Positions 44,277 to 53,998 are shown, counted from the first letter of the stretch. The stretch is 64,000 nt of DNA from Longimicrobiales bacterium (GCA_965225805.1 OZ245327.1:1604603-1668602), one strand, 5' to 3'. Notes: generated by a model from the sequence alone, not told the origin. A program made the numbers and translations.

Positions 44277-45821
44277 TCAACGGCTCGGACCCTGATCGCC
44301 ATCCGGTCCCGGGGAGCGGATCAGATACGGAGGCCGCGCGGTCTCGCGGCGGCGGATGTCCCGTAATACTCGGCCAAGCGTGTCACTTGCCCGTCGAGCC
44401 GCTCGATTTGCCGCTGCAAGGCTTCGTTCTCCTCGCTTTGCCGCTCGACGCGCCCTCGCAAGGCTTCGACATGCTGCCGTAAGACGTCGACCTGCCCGGA
44501 GTGCCGCCGCTGTTCCGTCTCGTACTGCGCGGACAACCTCTTCAAGGCCTCCGTCAACTGCCGTTCCAACTCGCTCATACAGCTCCCTCACTCGTTCGAC
44601 AGCTTCACGGCAGGCCGATCGCGCCAGGTCCAGCCCGTATTGTCCAGCGTCCCCGCTGGCAGCACCACGACCCGCTCCCCGTCGATCTCCAGCAGCGCGA
44701 CCCCCCAGGTGTCCACCTCCATCTGCGCGAGCGTCCGCCGGGCTTCGTTGATGTCGTAGTCCAGTTCCGCGACCCTCTCGATCCGGGCCTGGATGCTCCG
44801 CGACACCCACCGCATCGTCGCCCAGCCTCCGCCGAAGATGCCGAGCCAAAGACTCAGGCCGACGACGAAGGGCCGGAGCCACGCCTTCAGCAGCAACTCG
44901 CGCATCCGCCCAGTCGCCTCCTCCGTATCGCGCTCGATGGTACTGAGCGCGCTCCTCGCGACGCGCCGCGAGTTCTCGGCGAGCCGCGCGAGCTCGCTCG
45001 CGGTCAACTCCTCGATTTCCCTGCGTTCGGTCTCCAGCCGCCGCCGCAGCCGTTCGGTCAAATCGTTCGCGCTCGAAGTCAACTCCGTACAGTGCTCCTT
45101 TCAGCCGCCACCGGTCCCCCGTCTCCGGGTCCAGCGCGGTGATGTAGTTCATGCCTTGGCGCGGCACTTCGAGGCCCGCCTCCCGCAGGGCGGCGACGAC
45201 ATCGTGACGATTCCGCGCCGCGCCTTGCTCGACACGCTGGAGCAGGTAGTCCCGGATCAGTTCGCGGGGGGAGGATTCGAGCCGGAGCCCGGCCCGCAGC
45301 CGCGCCGCCTCGACATAGGCACGGTGTCCGGGCTGCTGCACCCTGGCCCGCTCTGGGTCGTCGGGCCGGCTCCAGCCGTGCTCGTGGTTGAAGGCGTCGC
45401 GGAGCGGATCGAACGTCCGGCGCCAGCCGGGAGGGGCGATGTTGAGGCTCCGCCCGGTCTCCAGGTCGCACCGAGCGGCGAGGACATGCACGTGAGCGCC
45501 TCCGCCGCGCTCGCGGTGGAGCACGGCCGTCCAGGCGTAGCGGTCGGGCTCCAGTCCCGCCCACGCGGTTTCCTCGAAGGCGTCCAGGACCGCCTCGATC
45601 GGCTCGTCGGTGGGGTGGTCGTCCGGGGCCCAGGCGATCACGCCGGACGTGTACCTGTGCTCGAAGTCGAGCGAGTCGGCGACGGCGGCCACCATGTCCG
45701 GGTTCCCCCGCAGCACCTCGACGCCCTCGCGCGGCTTCCCGGCCGCGTCCCGCTCCCCGAGGAGGTAGTCGGCCGCGTCCCGCGCCGCGCCGGTCCCGCG
45801 GGCCAGGAACTTAATGTGCAT
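44277..45821 (-). CDS. MobA/VirD2-type relaxase, copy 2 (same nested-ORF layout)
   Basis: MHIKFLARGTGAARDAADYLLGE...GGAHVHVLAARCDLETG. The first half is strongly conserved with copy 1. The second half is poorly conserved in this frame. Confidence 0.7.
   Translation of the reverse strand: MHIKFLARGTGAARDAADYLLGERDAAGKPREGVEVLRGNPDMVAAVADSLDFEHRYTSGVIAWAPDDHPTDEPIEAVLDAFEETAWAGLEPDRYAWTAVLHRERGGGAHVHVLAARCDLETGRSLNIAPPGWRRTFDPLRDAFNHEHGWSRPDDPERARVQQPGHRAYVEAARLRAGLRLESSPRELIRDYLLQRVEQGAARNRHDVVAALREAGLEVPRQGMNYITALDPETGDRWRLKGALYGVDFERERFDRTAAAAAGDRTQGNRGVDRERARAARRELAARREERAQYHRARYGGGDWADARVAAEGVAPALRRRPESLARHLRRRLGDDAVGVAEHPGPDREGRGTGLRHQRSPADARADGGGHLGGRAAGDRRGAGRGAASGDAGQYGLDLARSACREAVERVRELYERVGTAVDGGLEEVVRAVRDGTAAALRAGRRLTAACRSLARARRAAKRGERSLAAANRAARRASDTLGRVLRDIRRRETARPPYLIRSPGPDGDQGPSR
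44321..44578 (-). CDS. ORF-C paralog (coiled-coil)
   Basis: MSELERQLTEALKRLSAQYETEQRRHSGQVDVLRQHVEALRGRVERQSEENEALQRQIERLDGQVTRLAEYYGTS. Confidence 0.55.
   Translation of the reverse strand: MSELERQLTEALKRLSAQYETEQRRHSGQVDVLRQHVEALRGRVERQSEENEALQRQIERLDGQVTRLAEYYGTSAAARPRGLRI
44588..45082 (-). CDS. ORF-B paralog (coiled-coil + TM)
   Basis: MTSSANDLTERLRRRLETERREIEELTASELARL...LRPFVVGLSLWLGIFGGGW... The TTG start and the upstream in-frame TGA are conserved with copy 1. Confidence 0.6.
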   Translation of the reverse strand: MTSSANDLTERLRRRLETERREIEELTASELARLAENSRRVARSALSTIERDTEEATGRMRELLLKAWLRPFVVGLSLWLGIFGGGWATMRWVSRSIQARIERVAELDYDINEARRTLAQMEVDTWGVALLEIDGERVVVLPAGTLDNTGWTWRDRPAVKLSNE

Positions 45822-46149
45822 CGTGGTCCGGTCTCTCGAAGCGAGCCAGCGCCGCGAGCGAGCGCTCGATGGCGATCAGGTGGCCGATCACCTCGACGGC
45901 CTCGACCGCCCCCTTGCGGGTATTCGCCCACCGAGCGATCTGGTTGAGGTTGTTGCCGACGCGCGCCAACTCCCGCGTGCGCTCGCGCTCCACGTCCGCG
46001 TGCGGCACGGTCCAGGTGCGCGCCCGGTCGAGCGACCGGCGCACCAGATCCGACAGCGTCAAGCCTGCGGAGCGCGCCTTGGCGTGCCATTCGGCACGCT
46101 CCGCGTCGCTGGCGCGGACCTTCACCCAAACGGCGCGACCGGCGCTCAT
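45811..46149 (-). CDS. mobC: MobC-family relaxosome protein, copy 2
   Basis: MSAGRAVWVKVRASDAERAEWHAKARSAGLTLSDLVRRSLDRARTWTVPHADVERERTRELARVGNNLNQIARWAN. Confidence 0.8.
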   Translation of the reverse strand: MSAGRAVWVKVRASDAERAEWHAKARSAGLTLSDLVRRSLDRARTWTVPHADVERERTRELARVGNNLNQIARWANTRKGAVEAVEVIGHLIAIERSLAALARFERPDHDAH

Positions 46150-46240
46150 GGCGCGCCGTTTCCGTCTTGGGGGTCAGAGGGGGCACGGCCCCCCGCCAGC
46201 CCCTCCGGGAGACACACGAAGTGTGGCCACGGGGGGTAGG
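46150..46240 (-). promoter_or_regulatory. oriT-like region, copy 2
   Basis: The reverse complement carries GTGGCCACACTTCGTGTGTCTCCCGGAGGGGCTGGCGGGGGGCCGTGCCCCCTCTGACCCCC. Confidence 0.5.
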
Positions 46241-46381
46241 CGGAACTCCAAGGCCGCGAATCACGGCAGGAAATCACGTAAGTCTAATCAGGACTGCACG
46301 ATCTGCGTTTCTTTCCGTTGGATCGCGACGGGTTCCACCCTGCGTCAATGGCGGGGAAATCGCCATCGAGTGGCGGGAATT
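46241..46381 (-). repeat. junction element copy D
   Basis: The reverse complement reads AATTCCCGCCAC...CCAACGGAAAGAAACGCAGATCGTGCAGTCCTGATTAGACTTACGTGATTTCCTGCCGTGATTCGCGGCCTTGGAGTTCCG and abuts the oriT region. Confidence 0.8.
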
Positions 46382-46641
46382 TGCAGGTATCGCCGACCGA
46401 GCTTCCGGCACAACGCGACCACAGGCAATCAGAGGGCAGGTATCCCGAACTGCCCGCCATCCAAAGGGAGGAACCTACGATCTGTCGCGCTTCACGCTGT
46501 AGTCCCGCCGGTCGAGGCACTGGCCCCGGCCTCCCGCGACGCCGGCCCCGACCCGAACTTGCCCAGCTTGCTCCCTCCGCCCCAGACTCTGCGTACCGAT
46601 TCTGTTGACGCTCCCGGCCCACACACACACGAAAGACCCCC

Positions 46642-49600
46642 ATGCTCTCCAACGACGACATCAGATTCGGGAATACGAGAGGGCGTCCCGTGCGTTTCTT
46701 CCGCGTCCAAGTTAGCTGGGACGGCGGACAGACCTTTGTGCCGGCGTTGGTCATGAGGGGGGATGTCGGGGACGGGCAAGATAGGAACAAGCGCCCCTTC
46801 ACGGTGGCCTGGGCGGCGACGAGCGAGCTTGAGCGTCGTGTGGTGGCTGCCCTCGGGCGCGTGGAGCATGGGTACTCAGCCAAGGACACCAAGAACGCAC
46901 TGAGGGGGCTCCTGAGGCACATTCCGCGCGATTACGTTCCAACCGATTCGCGGGTTCCCGAAGATCTGGAAAAACGAATTGCCGAGTCACCCTGGCGGCT
47001 GGAAAACCGGTACGGTCCCTTGAAGGCGTGGGAGCAAGAGGCCGACTCAGCTGCGCTACGGCGGGCCGTGATGACGGACAGGGCCGACGTGCCGGGCAAA
47101 GACCGTCTCCTCAGCCTAGTGCGATCAAGGTATCCGGGTTGGCTCGGGTTTAGCGACCCACGTTTCGACGGGGGGCTGTACGACGAGGTTCAATACAAAC
47201 TGGAGACCGTTGCGAAGGCTAAGGAACTCCTCTCCAAGCAAGCGCTCAGGAGCCTGATCGACGCTGGCGACCATGGAGAGATGATCGAGCGGCTCAAGGT
47301 CATCGGACGGGACACCAATCTCCTCTTCCGGCCCTACAGCCCCGGCGGGGATCTGGACTTGCTCTATCACGCAGGCCTGGAGCACCGCGTTTTCTGCGAG
47401 GCATTTCTGAGTCTCCTGCACGGCGACGACGATGCCCCCCACCGCCTCGATCGGTACTCCGATCAGGTCAGGTCCATGGGTTTACCTCCGAACGTTAACC
47501 GATGGGCCATGCCCACCTACTTCCTCTTCTTCCTCTATCCGAACGAAGAGGTCCTCATCAAGCCCGGAACGGTTCGCACGCTCTTGGACCTGGGAGGGTG
47601 GGGTGGAAAGCTCGGGGTTGAGCCGTCGGGAGAGGAGTACGTCCGGGTCCGCACTGCCTACTCTGACCTACGGGAAGCGCTTGAAAAGCATGAGCCGCGA
47701 CACATGATTGATGTCCAGGGCTTCGCTTGGGTCGCGGTGCAGGAAGCGAAAGAGAGGGCCAAAGCGGCCAAGCGGGCGCGCGAGACGGGAGACGAGCAGG
47801 ATCCCCGCATCGACCGGGCGATGGAGGAGTTCGAGCGGGAAGCCGATGCCCACGACCTGATCAGGCAGCAGAAGCTACTTGAACAAGCTCAGGTTCGTTT
47901 CCGCGAGATCTTCGGAACCGTTTCGAAGATCAAGTCGCTCTCCCCGGATGGTTTCTTCGATCTCTTCAATGAACTCGACGCACGCAACAGCCGATCGACT
48001 GGGCTCTTCCGCCTCGGACTTAGCTTTCCGAAGAATCGGAACACCCAGGCTTACCGTGACTTGGAGGACGATCTCCCAACCTTCCGAAGAGCACTCGTGG
48101 AGCTTCTTTATGGTGCCGGGTCCGAGGCCGAGAGTCTCGACCGCATGTGGGAGATCGGACGCGTGCGTGGACGCGTGCGAAACTACATCACGGAATCACT
48201 CATAATGCCCAGCGCCCTACTCTTCCTCCAGGATCCAACCAAATGGTCTTCCGTCATGAAGATGGAGGTCAAGGAGAAGAAGGTGGCGCTAGCGGGTATC
48301 GCTCCCGTGTTGGCCGACGATGCGTCGCTCGGCGAGCGCTTCGTCGCCTTGGAGCGCGCCCTGATCCAGCTGCCCCCCAAGTACGGTAGGAATCACTGGA
48401 CTCCGATGACCATTTCGGCGTTCTACTTCAACCAGGACGTCGAGCGCCACTTCGATGGTCCGCCTCGTCCGAAGCCCCGCCCTAGCCCTCGGTCTCTCAC
48501 GTCCCTGATCCAATCCCTCGAAGACTGCGGACTCCGTTTCTCGCGCGAAACCGTCGCCAACTATGTCCTCGCGTTACAAACCAAGCAGTTCGCGATCTTG
48601 ACGGGCGTTTCCGGTACCGGAAAGACCTCGCTCGCAATCGAGGTCGCGAGATACTTCGGGTTACGGGCCGAAGATCCTGACGCGCTATCATCGAAGAACG
48701 CGGCGGACAGCGGCGATGGCCACTATACGGTCGTCCCCGTGCGGCCCGATTGGGTCGACAACCGTGGCTTGCTCGGGTACTACAATCCGCTGACGAACGA
48801 CTATTCGCCGACTCCCGTCCTCCGCCTTCTCCTCAGGGCGCGCGCGGAAAGGAAGCGTGCCCAGGAAGAGGAACGGAAGCCTTCGCCGTTCTTCGTCGTC
48901 CTCGACGAGATGAATCTCGCCCGTGTGGAACACTACTTCTCGGACTTTCTCTCGGCGATGGAGTCGGGAGAAGCGGTGCCGCTTCACCACGACCCCTCCG
49001 TCGAGCGCCGTGAGATGCAAGCGAGCGGTTCCAGCCGCAGTGACGCCGATGCGTCTGTGCCCATCCCCATGACGCTCAAGGTCCCGGACAACGTCTTCTT
49101 CACCGGCACGGTCAACGTGGACGAGACCACATACATGTTCAGCCCCAAAGTGCTCGACCGGGCCTTTACCTGCGAACTGAACGAGGTGGACCTGCGAAGC
49201 TACGAGAGCGGCCGCGGCGACGATGGTCCGAACGAGCTGACGTTGGACGCGCTCCGCCCGCTTGGCCGCTCCCATCGGGGAGAGCCGTCCGAGGTCCAGG
49301 GGAAGCGGTCTCAAAGCGGGTGGAAACCCAATCGGCACGACTGGCTGGAGTTCTGCAAGCTCTCGGGTGGCCGGTTCCGCGACCGGCTCTTGGAACTCCA
49401 CGGAGTCCTCGAAGGGGAGCATCGCCACTTCGGGTACCGCGTTGCAAACGAAATCGCACGCTTCGTACTCCTCGCACACGCGCAGTCAAGCAACAAAGAT
49501 ATCGCGGTCGAGGCCGCCTTCGATCTGGCAGTCTTGCAAAAGGTGCTGCCGAAGTTCCACGGAACGCAGCAGGAGTTGGAGCCGCTCCTCCGGCGGCTCC

Positions 49601-49896
49601 TCGGTTTCGCTGTGGCAGGTGGGGTCGTGGCCGGTGCCTCGGGGGATGAGCCAAGACTCGACGAGTGGCTGGTGAAGAAGGGCCGTCTGCGGGCCAGGGC
49701 CGCGAGAGTTGAGATCCCCGAAGCAGAGAGCGAGGGAACGACGGACCTGGAATCGCCCGAATCGGTGGGCGACGCTCCTGAGCGTAAGACTGAGGACTCC
49801 GCGGTGCGTGCTCCCGTCCTGCCCCGAACCGGGGCGAAGATCTGGAGGATGTTGCGTCGACTCGAACAGCGGGGCTTCACGTCCTTCGTCGAGTGA
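46642..49896 (+). CDS. McrB-like AAA+ (AAA_5) NTPase with an N-terminal extension of about 640 aa
   Basis: FAILTGVSGTGKTSLA (Walker A), FFVVLDEMNLARVEHYFSDFLS (Walker B and the McrB-type MNLA block), FFTGTVNVDETTYMFSPKVLDRAF. The N-terminal 640 aa are unassigned. Confidence 0.8.
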   Translation: MLSNDDIRFGNTRGRPVRFFRVQVSWDGGQTFVPALVMRGDVGDGQDRNKRPFTVAWAATSELERRVVAALGRVEHGYSAKDTKNALRGLLRHIPRDYVPTDSRVPEDLEKRIAESPWRLENRYGPLKAWEQEADSAALRRAVMTDRADVPGKDRLLSLVRSRYPGWLGFSDPRFDGGLYDEVQYKLETVAKAKELLSKQALRSLIDAGDHGEMIERLKVIGRDTNLLFRPYSPGGDLDLLYHAGLEHRVFCEAFLSLLHGDDDAPHRLDRYSDQVRSMGLPPNVNRWAMPTYFLFFLYPNEEVLIKPGTVRTLLDLGGWGGKLGVEPSGEEYVRVRTAYSDLREALEKHEPRHMIDVQGFAWVAVQEAKERAKAAKRARETGDEQDPRIDRAMEEFEREADAHDLIRQQKLLEQAQVRFREIFGTVSKIKSLSPDGFFDLFNELDARNSRSTGLFRLGLSFPKNRNTQAYRDLEDDLPTFRRALVELLYGAGSEAESLDRMWEIGRVRGRVRNYITESLIMPSALLFLQDPTKWSSVMKMEVKEKKVALAGIAPVLADDASLGERFVALERALIQLPPKYGRNHWTPMTISAFYFNQDVERHFDGPPRPKPRPSPRSLTSLIQSLEDCGLRFSRETVANYVLALQTKQFAILTGVSGTGKTSLAIEVARYFGLRAEDPDALSSKNAADSGDGHYTVVPVRPDWVDNRGLLGYYNPLTNDYSPTPVLRLLLRARAERKRAQEEERKPSPFFVVLDEMNLARVEHYFSDFLSAMESGEAVPLHHDPSVERREMQASGSSRSDADASVPIPMTLKVPDNVFFTGTVNVDETTYMFSPKVLDRAFTCELNEVDLRSYESGRGDDGPNELTLDALRPLGRSHRGEPSEVQGKRSQSGWKPNRHDWLEFCKLSGGRFRDRLLELHGVLEGEHRHFGYRVANEIARFVLLAHAQSSNKDIAVEAAFDLAVLQKVLPKFHGTQQELEPLLRRLLGFAVAGGVVAGASGDEPRLDEWLVKKGRLRARAARVEIPEAESEGTTDLESPESVGDAPERKTEDSAVRAPVLPRTGAKIWRMLRRLEQRGFTSFVE

Positions 49897-51650
49897 TCGC
49901 CCACGCCTACTCCACCGGCAACATCGCCGTCCGCCGGTGGGATGCCGGTCCGGACGGACCAGAACATGCTGGCCCCGTTCCCCAGCGGTTGCAGACCGAA
50001 TGGAAGTGGGTCGTCGAGGCACCGGAGAAAGCGCTGGACGACATGGCGCACGCGTTGCCAAGAACTGCGTTCACCCGACCCGCGAACAGAGTGCTCATCC
50101 TGGACTTGGTCAACTCGGTAGGCATCCTCGACCTTCCGCACATCGGGCAGGTGGAGCTCGTAACGGGGAAGTTCCACGAGGACGACTTCGAGGCGATGCT
50201 TCGAGACATCACCGAATGGTCGGCCGCTCTGCCTTTCTCAGCCGATCAGCCCGCTTCGTTCCGCTACGCCAACAGTAGGGTACTCCGTGACGAGATCCTC
50301 TACCATACCTTCGTCTATCTTCGCCACGTCCTCTCCGACCGCGCTCCCCGATCGTCCCGTTTGATGCCTGCGCTAAAGAGGATTCACATGGAGCCCCACC
50401 GAATCTGGCTCACGGATCGCCACGAGGTGCGGATCGAGACCGCCTCCCGGGTCGACTCGCGTACCCTCATAGACCTGATTGCGCGGGGCGGACGACCGGT
50501 TTCCGAGGCGTCCCTGTCGCCGAAGGGAAGAGCGCTGGCCGAGCGGTTGGGCATGCGACTCCCCGAAGTGGTCACGGAACGGAGGATCAGGGCCACGACC
50601 GATACCCAGGAGAACCGGTTCGTGAAAGCCTTTGTCCACCAAGCCACCGGGATCATCGCGCGGATCCGGTCGGCGACCGAGGCTCGCCGCCCGACATCGT
50701 TCAGCACGCGCGTGCTGCGAGACTGCGAGCGAATGACGGAGTCGTTGACCCCGGTCGTTCGGCATCCGATGTGGAAGGAGGTGGGACGGATGACCAGAAT
50801 CCCGTTCTCTTCCACCGTCCTGCAACGCCATCGCGGATACCGGCGGGTCCTCAGGCATTGGGCGAGAATCAGGCTGGCCCCGCGAATCCCGCTGAACCGG
50901 GACGAGATGCGCGACATGCTGGAACTCAAGAACATCGCGCTCCTTTACGAACTGTGGACGTTCCATCGCCTCGCGTCCTGCATCAATCAGTTGGTAGGAC
51001 CCCCCAAACAAACCGGTCGGATGATCGGCGATGACTTCCAAGTGGATCTCGCAAGGGGAGAAGCGTTCGAGTGGGCTTCTGGAATCCGGTTGGCGTACAA
51101 CCCCACGTTTTCTCGCCGGGCCGCTCATGTCCCGAATCGATCCTATTCCGTAGAACTGCGACCCGACGCTGCCCTCTGGATTCCGAGTGGAGTGAACCGC
51201 GGAATCCATCTCTTCGATGCCAAGTTTCGGCTTCGCTCCCTCTCCGAAGCCGGGGCGACGGAATCCTCGGGCGGTGCCACAACCGAGAAAACCGACGAGA
51301 GGAGAGGCAACTTCAAGCGAGCCGACATCTACAAGATGCACACCTACAGGGATGCGATTCAGGGCGCCCGCTCCGTGTGGATTCTCTATCCGGGCAGCGA
51401 GTTCCGTTTCTTCACCGCCTCCGGTAGAGGCCGAGTCACGTCCCCAGGAGGGTTGCCGGACGCGCTACTGGGGGTGGGAGCGATCCCGCTGGTGCCGAGT
51501 CGCGAAAACGGGGCGGCGAGCGTTCGGTCGGGCGTAAGCGGGCCGCTGGAAGCAACGCTTCGGCGACTGTTGGCGTCAGGGAAAGACCGAGGCTCTCCCG
51601 AGTGGCACTCGTCTTCTACGACGCACTCGAAGGTGCCGACATCGGTGTAG
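49893..51650 (+). CDS. McrC-like / DUF2357-type PD-(D/E)xK nuclease partner
   Basis: GTGA overlap with the upstream gene. IHLFDAKFRL...ADIYKMHTYRDAI...VWILYPG resembles the McrC nuclease core (D...DAK...Y.m..Y). Confidence 0.7.
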   Translation: MIAHAYSTGNIAVRRWDAGPDGPEHAGPVPQRLQTEWKWVVEAPEKALDDMAHALPRTAFTRPANRVLILDLVNSVGILDLPHIGQVELVTGKFHEDDFEAMLRDITEWSAALPFSADQPASFRYANSRVLRDEILYHTFVYLRHVLSDRAPRSSRLMPALKRIHMEPHRIWLTDRHEVRIETASRVDSRTLIDLIARGGRPVSEASLSPKGRALAERLGMRLPEVVTERRIRATTDTQENRFVKAFVHQATGIIARIRSATEARRPTSFSTRVLRDCERMTESLTPVVRHPMWKEVGRMTRIPFSSTVLQRHRGYRRVLRHWARIRLAPRIPLNRDEMRDMLELKNIALLYELWTFHRLASCINQLVGPPKQTGRMIGDDFQVDLARGEAFEWASGIRLAYNPTFSRRAAHVPNRSYSVELRPDAALWIPSGVNRGIHLFDAKFRLRSLSEAGATESSGGATTEKTDERRGNFKRADIYKMHTYRDAIQGARSVWILYPGSEFRFFTASGRGRVTSPGGLPDALLGVGAIPLVPSRENGAASVRSGVSGPLEATLRRLLASGKDRGSPEWHSSSTTHSKVPTSV

Positions 51651-51842
51651 CCGTCATGAAGGCCGTGGAGGCGTCTCTGCCACCCGCGCGCGCGCCGCAT
51701 TGAGATGCAGCGCCGCTTCGAGGCGCTGGAGCAGCGGGACGCCGACCGGCCGCCCCGGGGCGGCCGGAGCCCAATCGCGCCCAAGAGCGCGTCCCGTCCC
51801 GATTGCCCCACGGGGGCTGGCTCATGACCCTTACCGGTCAGG

Positions 51843-52097
51843 AGCCAGCATACCCTGTACCCTTTGCAAATGCTTCGCGTTAGATCGAAAGATTCTAACA
51901 ACAGCGGCAGGCTACCAGGCCGGGAGTAACCACAGCATACCTGTGCCACCGAGCACCTACGGGGGAGTTGTACCCCGGCCCGGAAGCCGCGATGGATGCC
52001 CAGTGGGGAGTTTGCGCCATCGAGCGCCAGTACAGGGATTGGCGGGCATCGCGGCAGAGCCTTCGCTGTCAAGTGACACCTTCACACGGGAGGAAGC
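51843..52097 (+). ncRNA. candidate IS110 bridge-RNA locus (left non-coding end)
   Basis: 255-nt non-coding leader, matching the decayed copy at 35991..36245 wherever compared. In IS110-group elements this end is known to encode the guide (bridge) RNA. No fold was computed here. Confidence 0.3.
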
Positions 52098-53348
52098 ATG
52101 GTAGAACCCAAGGCTTGGTTCGCCGGCGTGGACTGGGCGTCGGAAGCGCATCACGTCTGCGTAGTCGGCGGCGACGGCTCGAAGCGGGCGGAACGCATCT
52201 TCCGCCACGGAGGCGCGGGGCTGGCGGAGATGGCCGAGTGGATCGCCGCCAAGTCCGGAGGGTCCGCCCCGGACATTCCGGTGGCGATCGAAGTCCCGCA
52301 CGGGCCGGTCGTCGAGAGCCTCATGGACCGGGGGTTCGCGGTCTACGCGATAAACCCGAAGCAGCTCGACCGGTTCCGCGACCGCTTCTCGCCGGCCGGC
52401 GCCAAGGACGACAGCCTCGATGCCCGCGTCCTCGCCGACGCGCTGAGGACCGATCTTCGCCACTTCCGGAGGATCGACCCGGTCGACCCGACCGTCATCG
52501 AACTCAGGGCATGGTCGCGGATCGCCGAGGAGCTCACCCGGGACCGCGTTCGCCTGTCGAACCGCGTGCGAGAGCAGCTGTGGCGCTACTACCCGCAGAT
52601 CCTCGAAGCGGTCGGAAGCGTGGTCGAGCCCTGGTTCCTCGACCTCTGGGCCAAGGTTCCGACGCCCGCGAAGGCCCGGCGGGTCCAGCGCCGGACCCTC
52701 GAGAGCCTGCTCAAGCGCCACAGGATCCGGCGGATCACGGCCGACCAACTCGTCGAGATCCTCCGCGCCCCGGCCATCGCCGTCGCACCCGGTACCACCG
52801 AGGCCGCGGTGGCCCACATCCGGAGCGCTTCCGAACGCCTCCGCCTCATACAGCGCCAACTCGCCGACGCCAAGCGGAAGATCGCCCGCCTGATCGACGT
52901 CTTGGCCGGCAGCGAGGACTCCGGCTCCGGCCAACCCGGCGGGCAGCGCGACGTGACGGTCCTCTCCTCCCTGTCCGGAGTCGGCCAGACCGTCCTCGCC
53001 ACGCTGCTCGCCGAGGCCCCCCAAGCGCTGGCGCGCCGGGACTACAAGGCGCTGCGGTGCATGTGCGGCGTAGCGCCGGTCACACGGCGATCCGGCAAGT
53101 ACAAGCTCGTCGTGCGCCGCATGGCCGCCCACGCCCGCCTTCGCGACGCAGTGTACCACTGGGCACGGGTCGCGGTCCAGCTCGATCCCGTCAGCAAGGC
53201 CAAGTACGCCGCCCTTCGCGGGCGCGGCCACGGCCATGCGCGCGCCTTGCGTTCCGTCGCGGACCGCCTGCTCGCAGTCGCCTGCGCCATGCTCAGAACC
53301 CAGACCTGCTACCGGCCTCCACAGCCAGCGGAGGATCATGCGGCCTGA
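52098..53348 (+). CDS. IS110-family transposase
   Basis: 416 aa: FAGVDWASEAHHVCVV (DEDD N-terminus), INPKQLDRFRDRFSPAGAKDD, LSSLSGVGQTVLATLLAE, CGVAPVTRRSGK. Confidence 0.85.
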   Translation: MVEPKAWFAGVDWASEAHHVCVVGGDGSKRAERIFRHGGAGLAEMAEWIAAKSGGSAPDIPVAIEVPHGPVVESLMDRGFAVYAINPKQLDRFRDRFSPAGAKDDSLDARVLADALRTDLRHFRRIDPVDPTVIELRAWSRIAEELTRDRVRLSNRVREQLWRYYPQILEAVGSVVEPWFLDLWAKVPTPAKARRVQRRTLESLLKRHRIRRITADQLVEILRAPAIAVAPGTTEAAVAHIRSASERLRLIQRQLADAKRKIARLIDVLAGSEDSGSGQPGGQRDVTVLSSLSGVGQTVLATLLAEAPQALARRDYKALRCMCGVAPVTRRSGKYKLVVRRMAAHARLRDAVYHWARVAVQLDPVSKAKYAALRGRGHGHARALRSVADRLLAVACAMLRTQTCYRPPQPAEDHAA

Positions 53349-53432
53349 TCTCCCCCCTGGACGCGGGGTTACAGGCCCGCTTCAGGAACCGTTGACTAAT
53401 GGTGGGGAGTCCCACAACGGCAACGGCGCGTC

Positions 53433-53700
53433 ATGAGCGCTGGACGCGCCGTGTGGGTGAAGGTCCGCGTGAGCGACGCGGAGCGTGTGCCGAGTGGCAC
53501 GCCAAGGCGCGCTCGGTGGGCTTGACGCTGTCGGATCTGGTCGTCGGCGGCCACAAGGCGGCTGCCGAGGCGGTCGAGCTCGTCGCCCACCTGGTCGTCA
53601 TCGGGAGAGCGCGCTCCGGGCTCGCCGACCAGCCGGGGCTGATGCAACGCGCCGACACATGGCGGACGGTTCGCCTCGCGGGAGTCCTCTACCAATGATT
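53433..53700 (+). pseudogene. mobC remnant (2-nt insertion plus internal deletion of about 30 codons)
   Basis: MSAGRAVWVKVRVSDAERV then a frameshift (GAGCGTGTGCCGAG versus GAGCGTGCCGAG in copy 1). The next frame reads AEWHAKARSVGLTLSDLVV-GGHKAAAEAVELVAHLVVI. Confidence 0.75.
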
Positions 53701-53882
53701 TGCGCACCTCTGGCGCCGTGGGTCATGGCCGTATACGCCCGCGAAATCGACAAGGGGTGCCGATGCGCACCCCGGCGCCCAAGACGTGCGCACCGGCGGG
53801 GCGACGGAAGCTGCTGTGCGCAAAGGTCTTGCGCCTCGCTGTCCAGGGCGGCCGGGGCCGCAGGGCTCACTCGGACGGGGCT

Positions 53883-53998
53883 GGGAGCGACCCCCCAGTC
53901 CGAGGGCCTGGTACGGGTTCGGGGCCGGGCGCGTTTGCGCACCCCTGCCCCCGTCCCCTGGGGTCGCTCCCGATCCATCAATCCCTGTGGGAAGGCTA
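53883..53998 (+). repeat. structured repeat M1, copy 4 (about 270 nt upstream of dcm)
   Basis: GGGAGCGACCCC (53883)...CCTGGTACGG...GGGGTCGCTCCC (53960) GATCCATCAATCCCTGTGGGAAGGC. Confidence 0.8.

Larger units (their letters stand above)
51843..53357 (+). mobile_element. IS110-family element (copy b, apparently intact, about 1.5 kb)
   Basis: The left end is defined by the onset of identity with fragment 36245..35816. The right end is put where homology to the IS-free paralogous site (reverse complement of 34921..34975) begins. No terminal inverted repeats, as expected for IS110. Confidence 0.7.
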
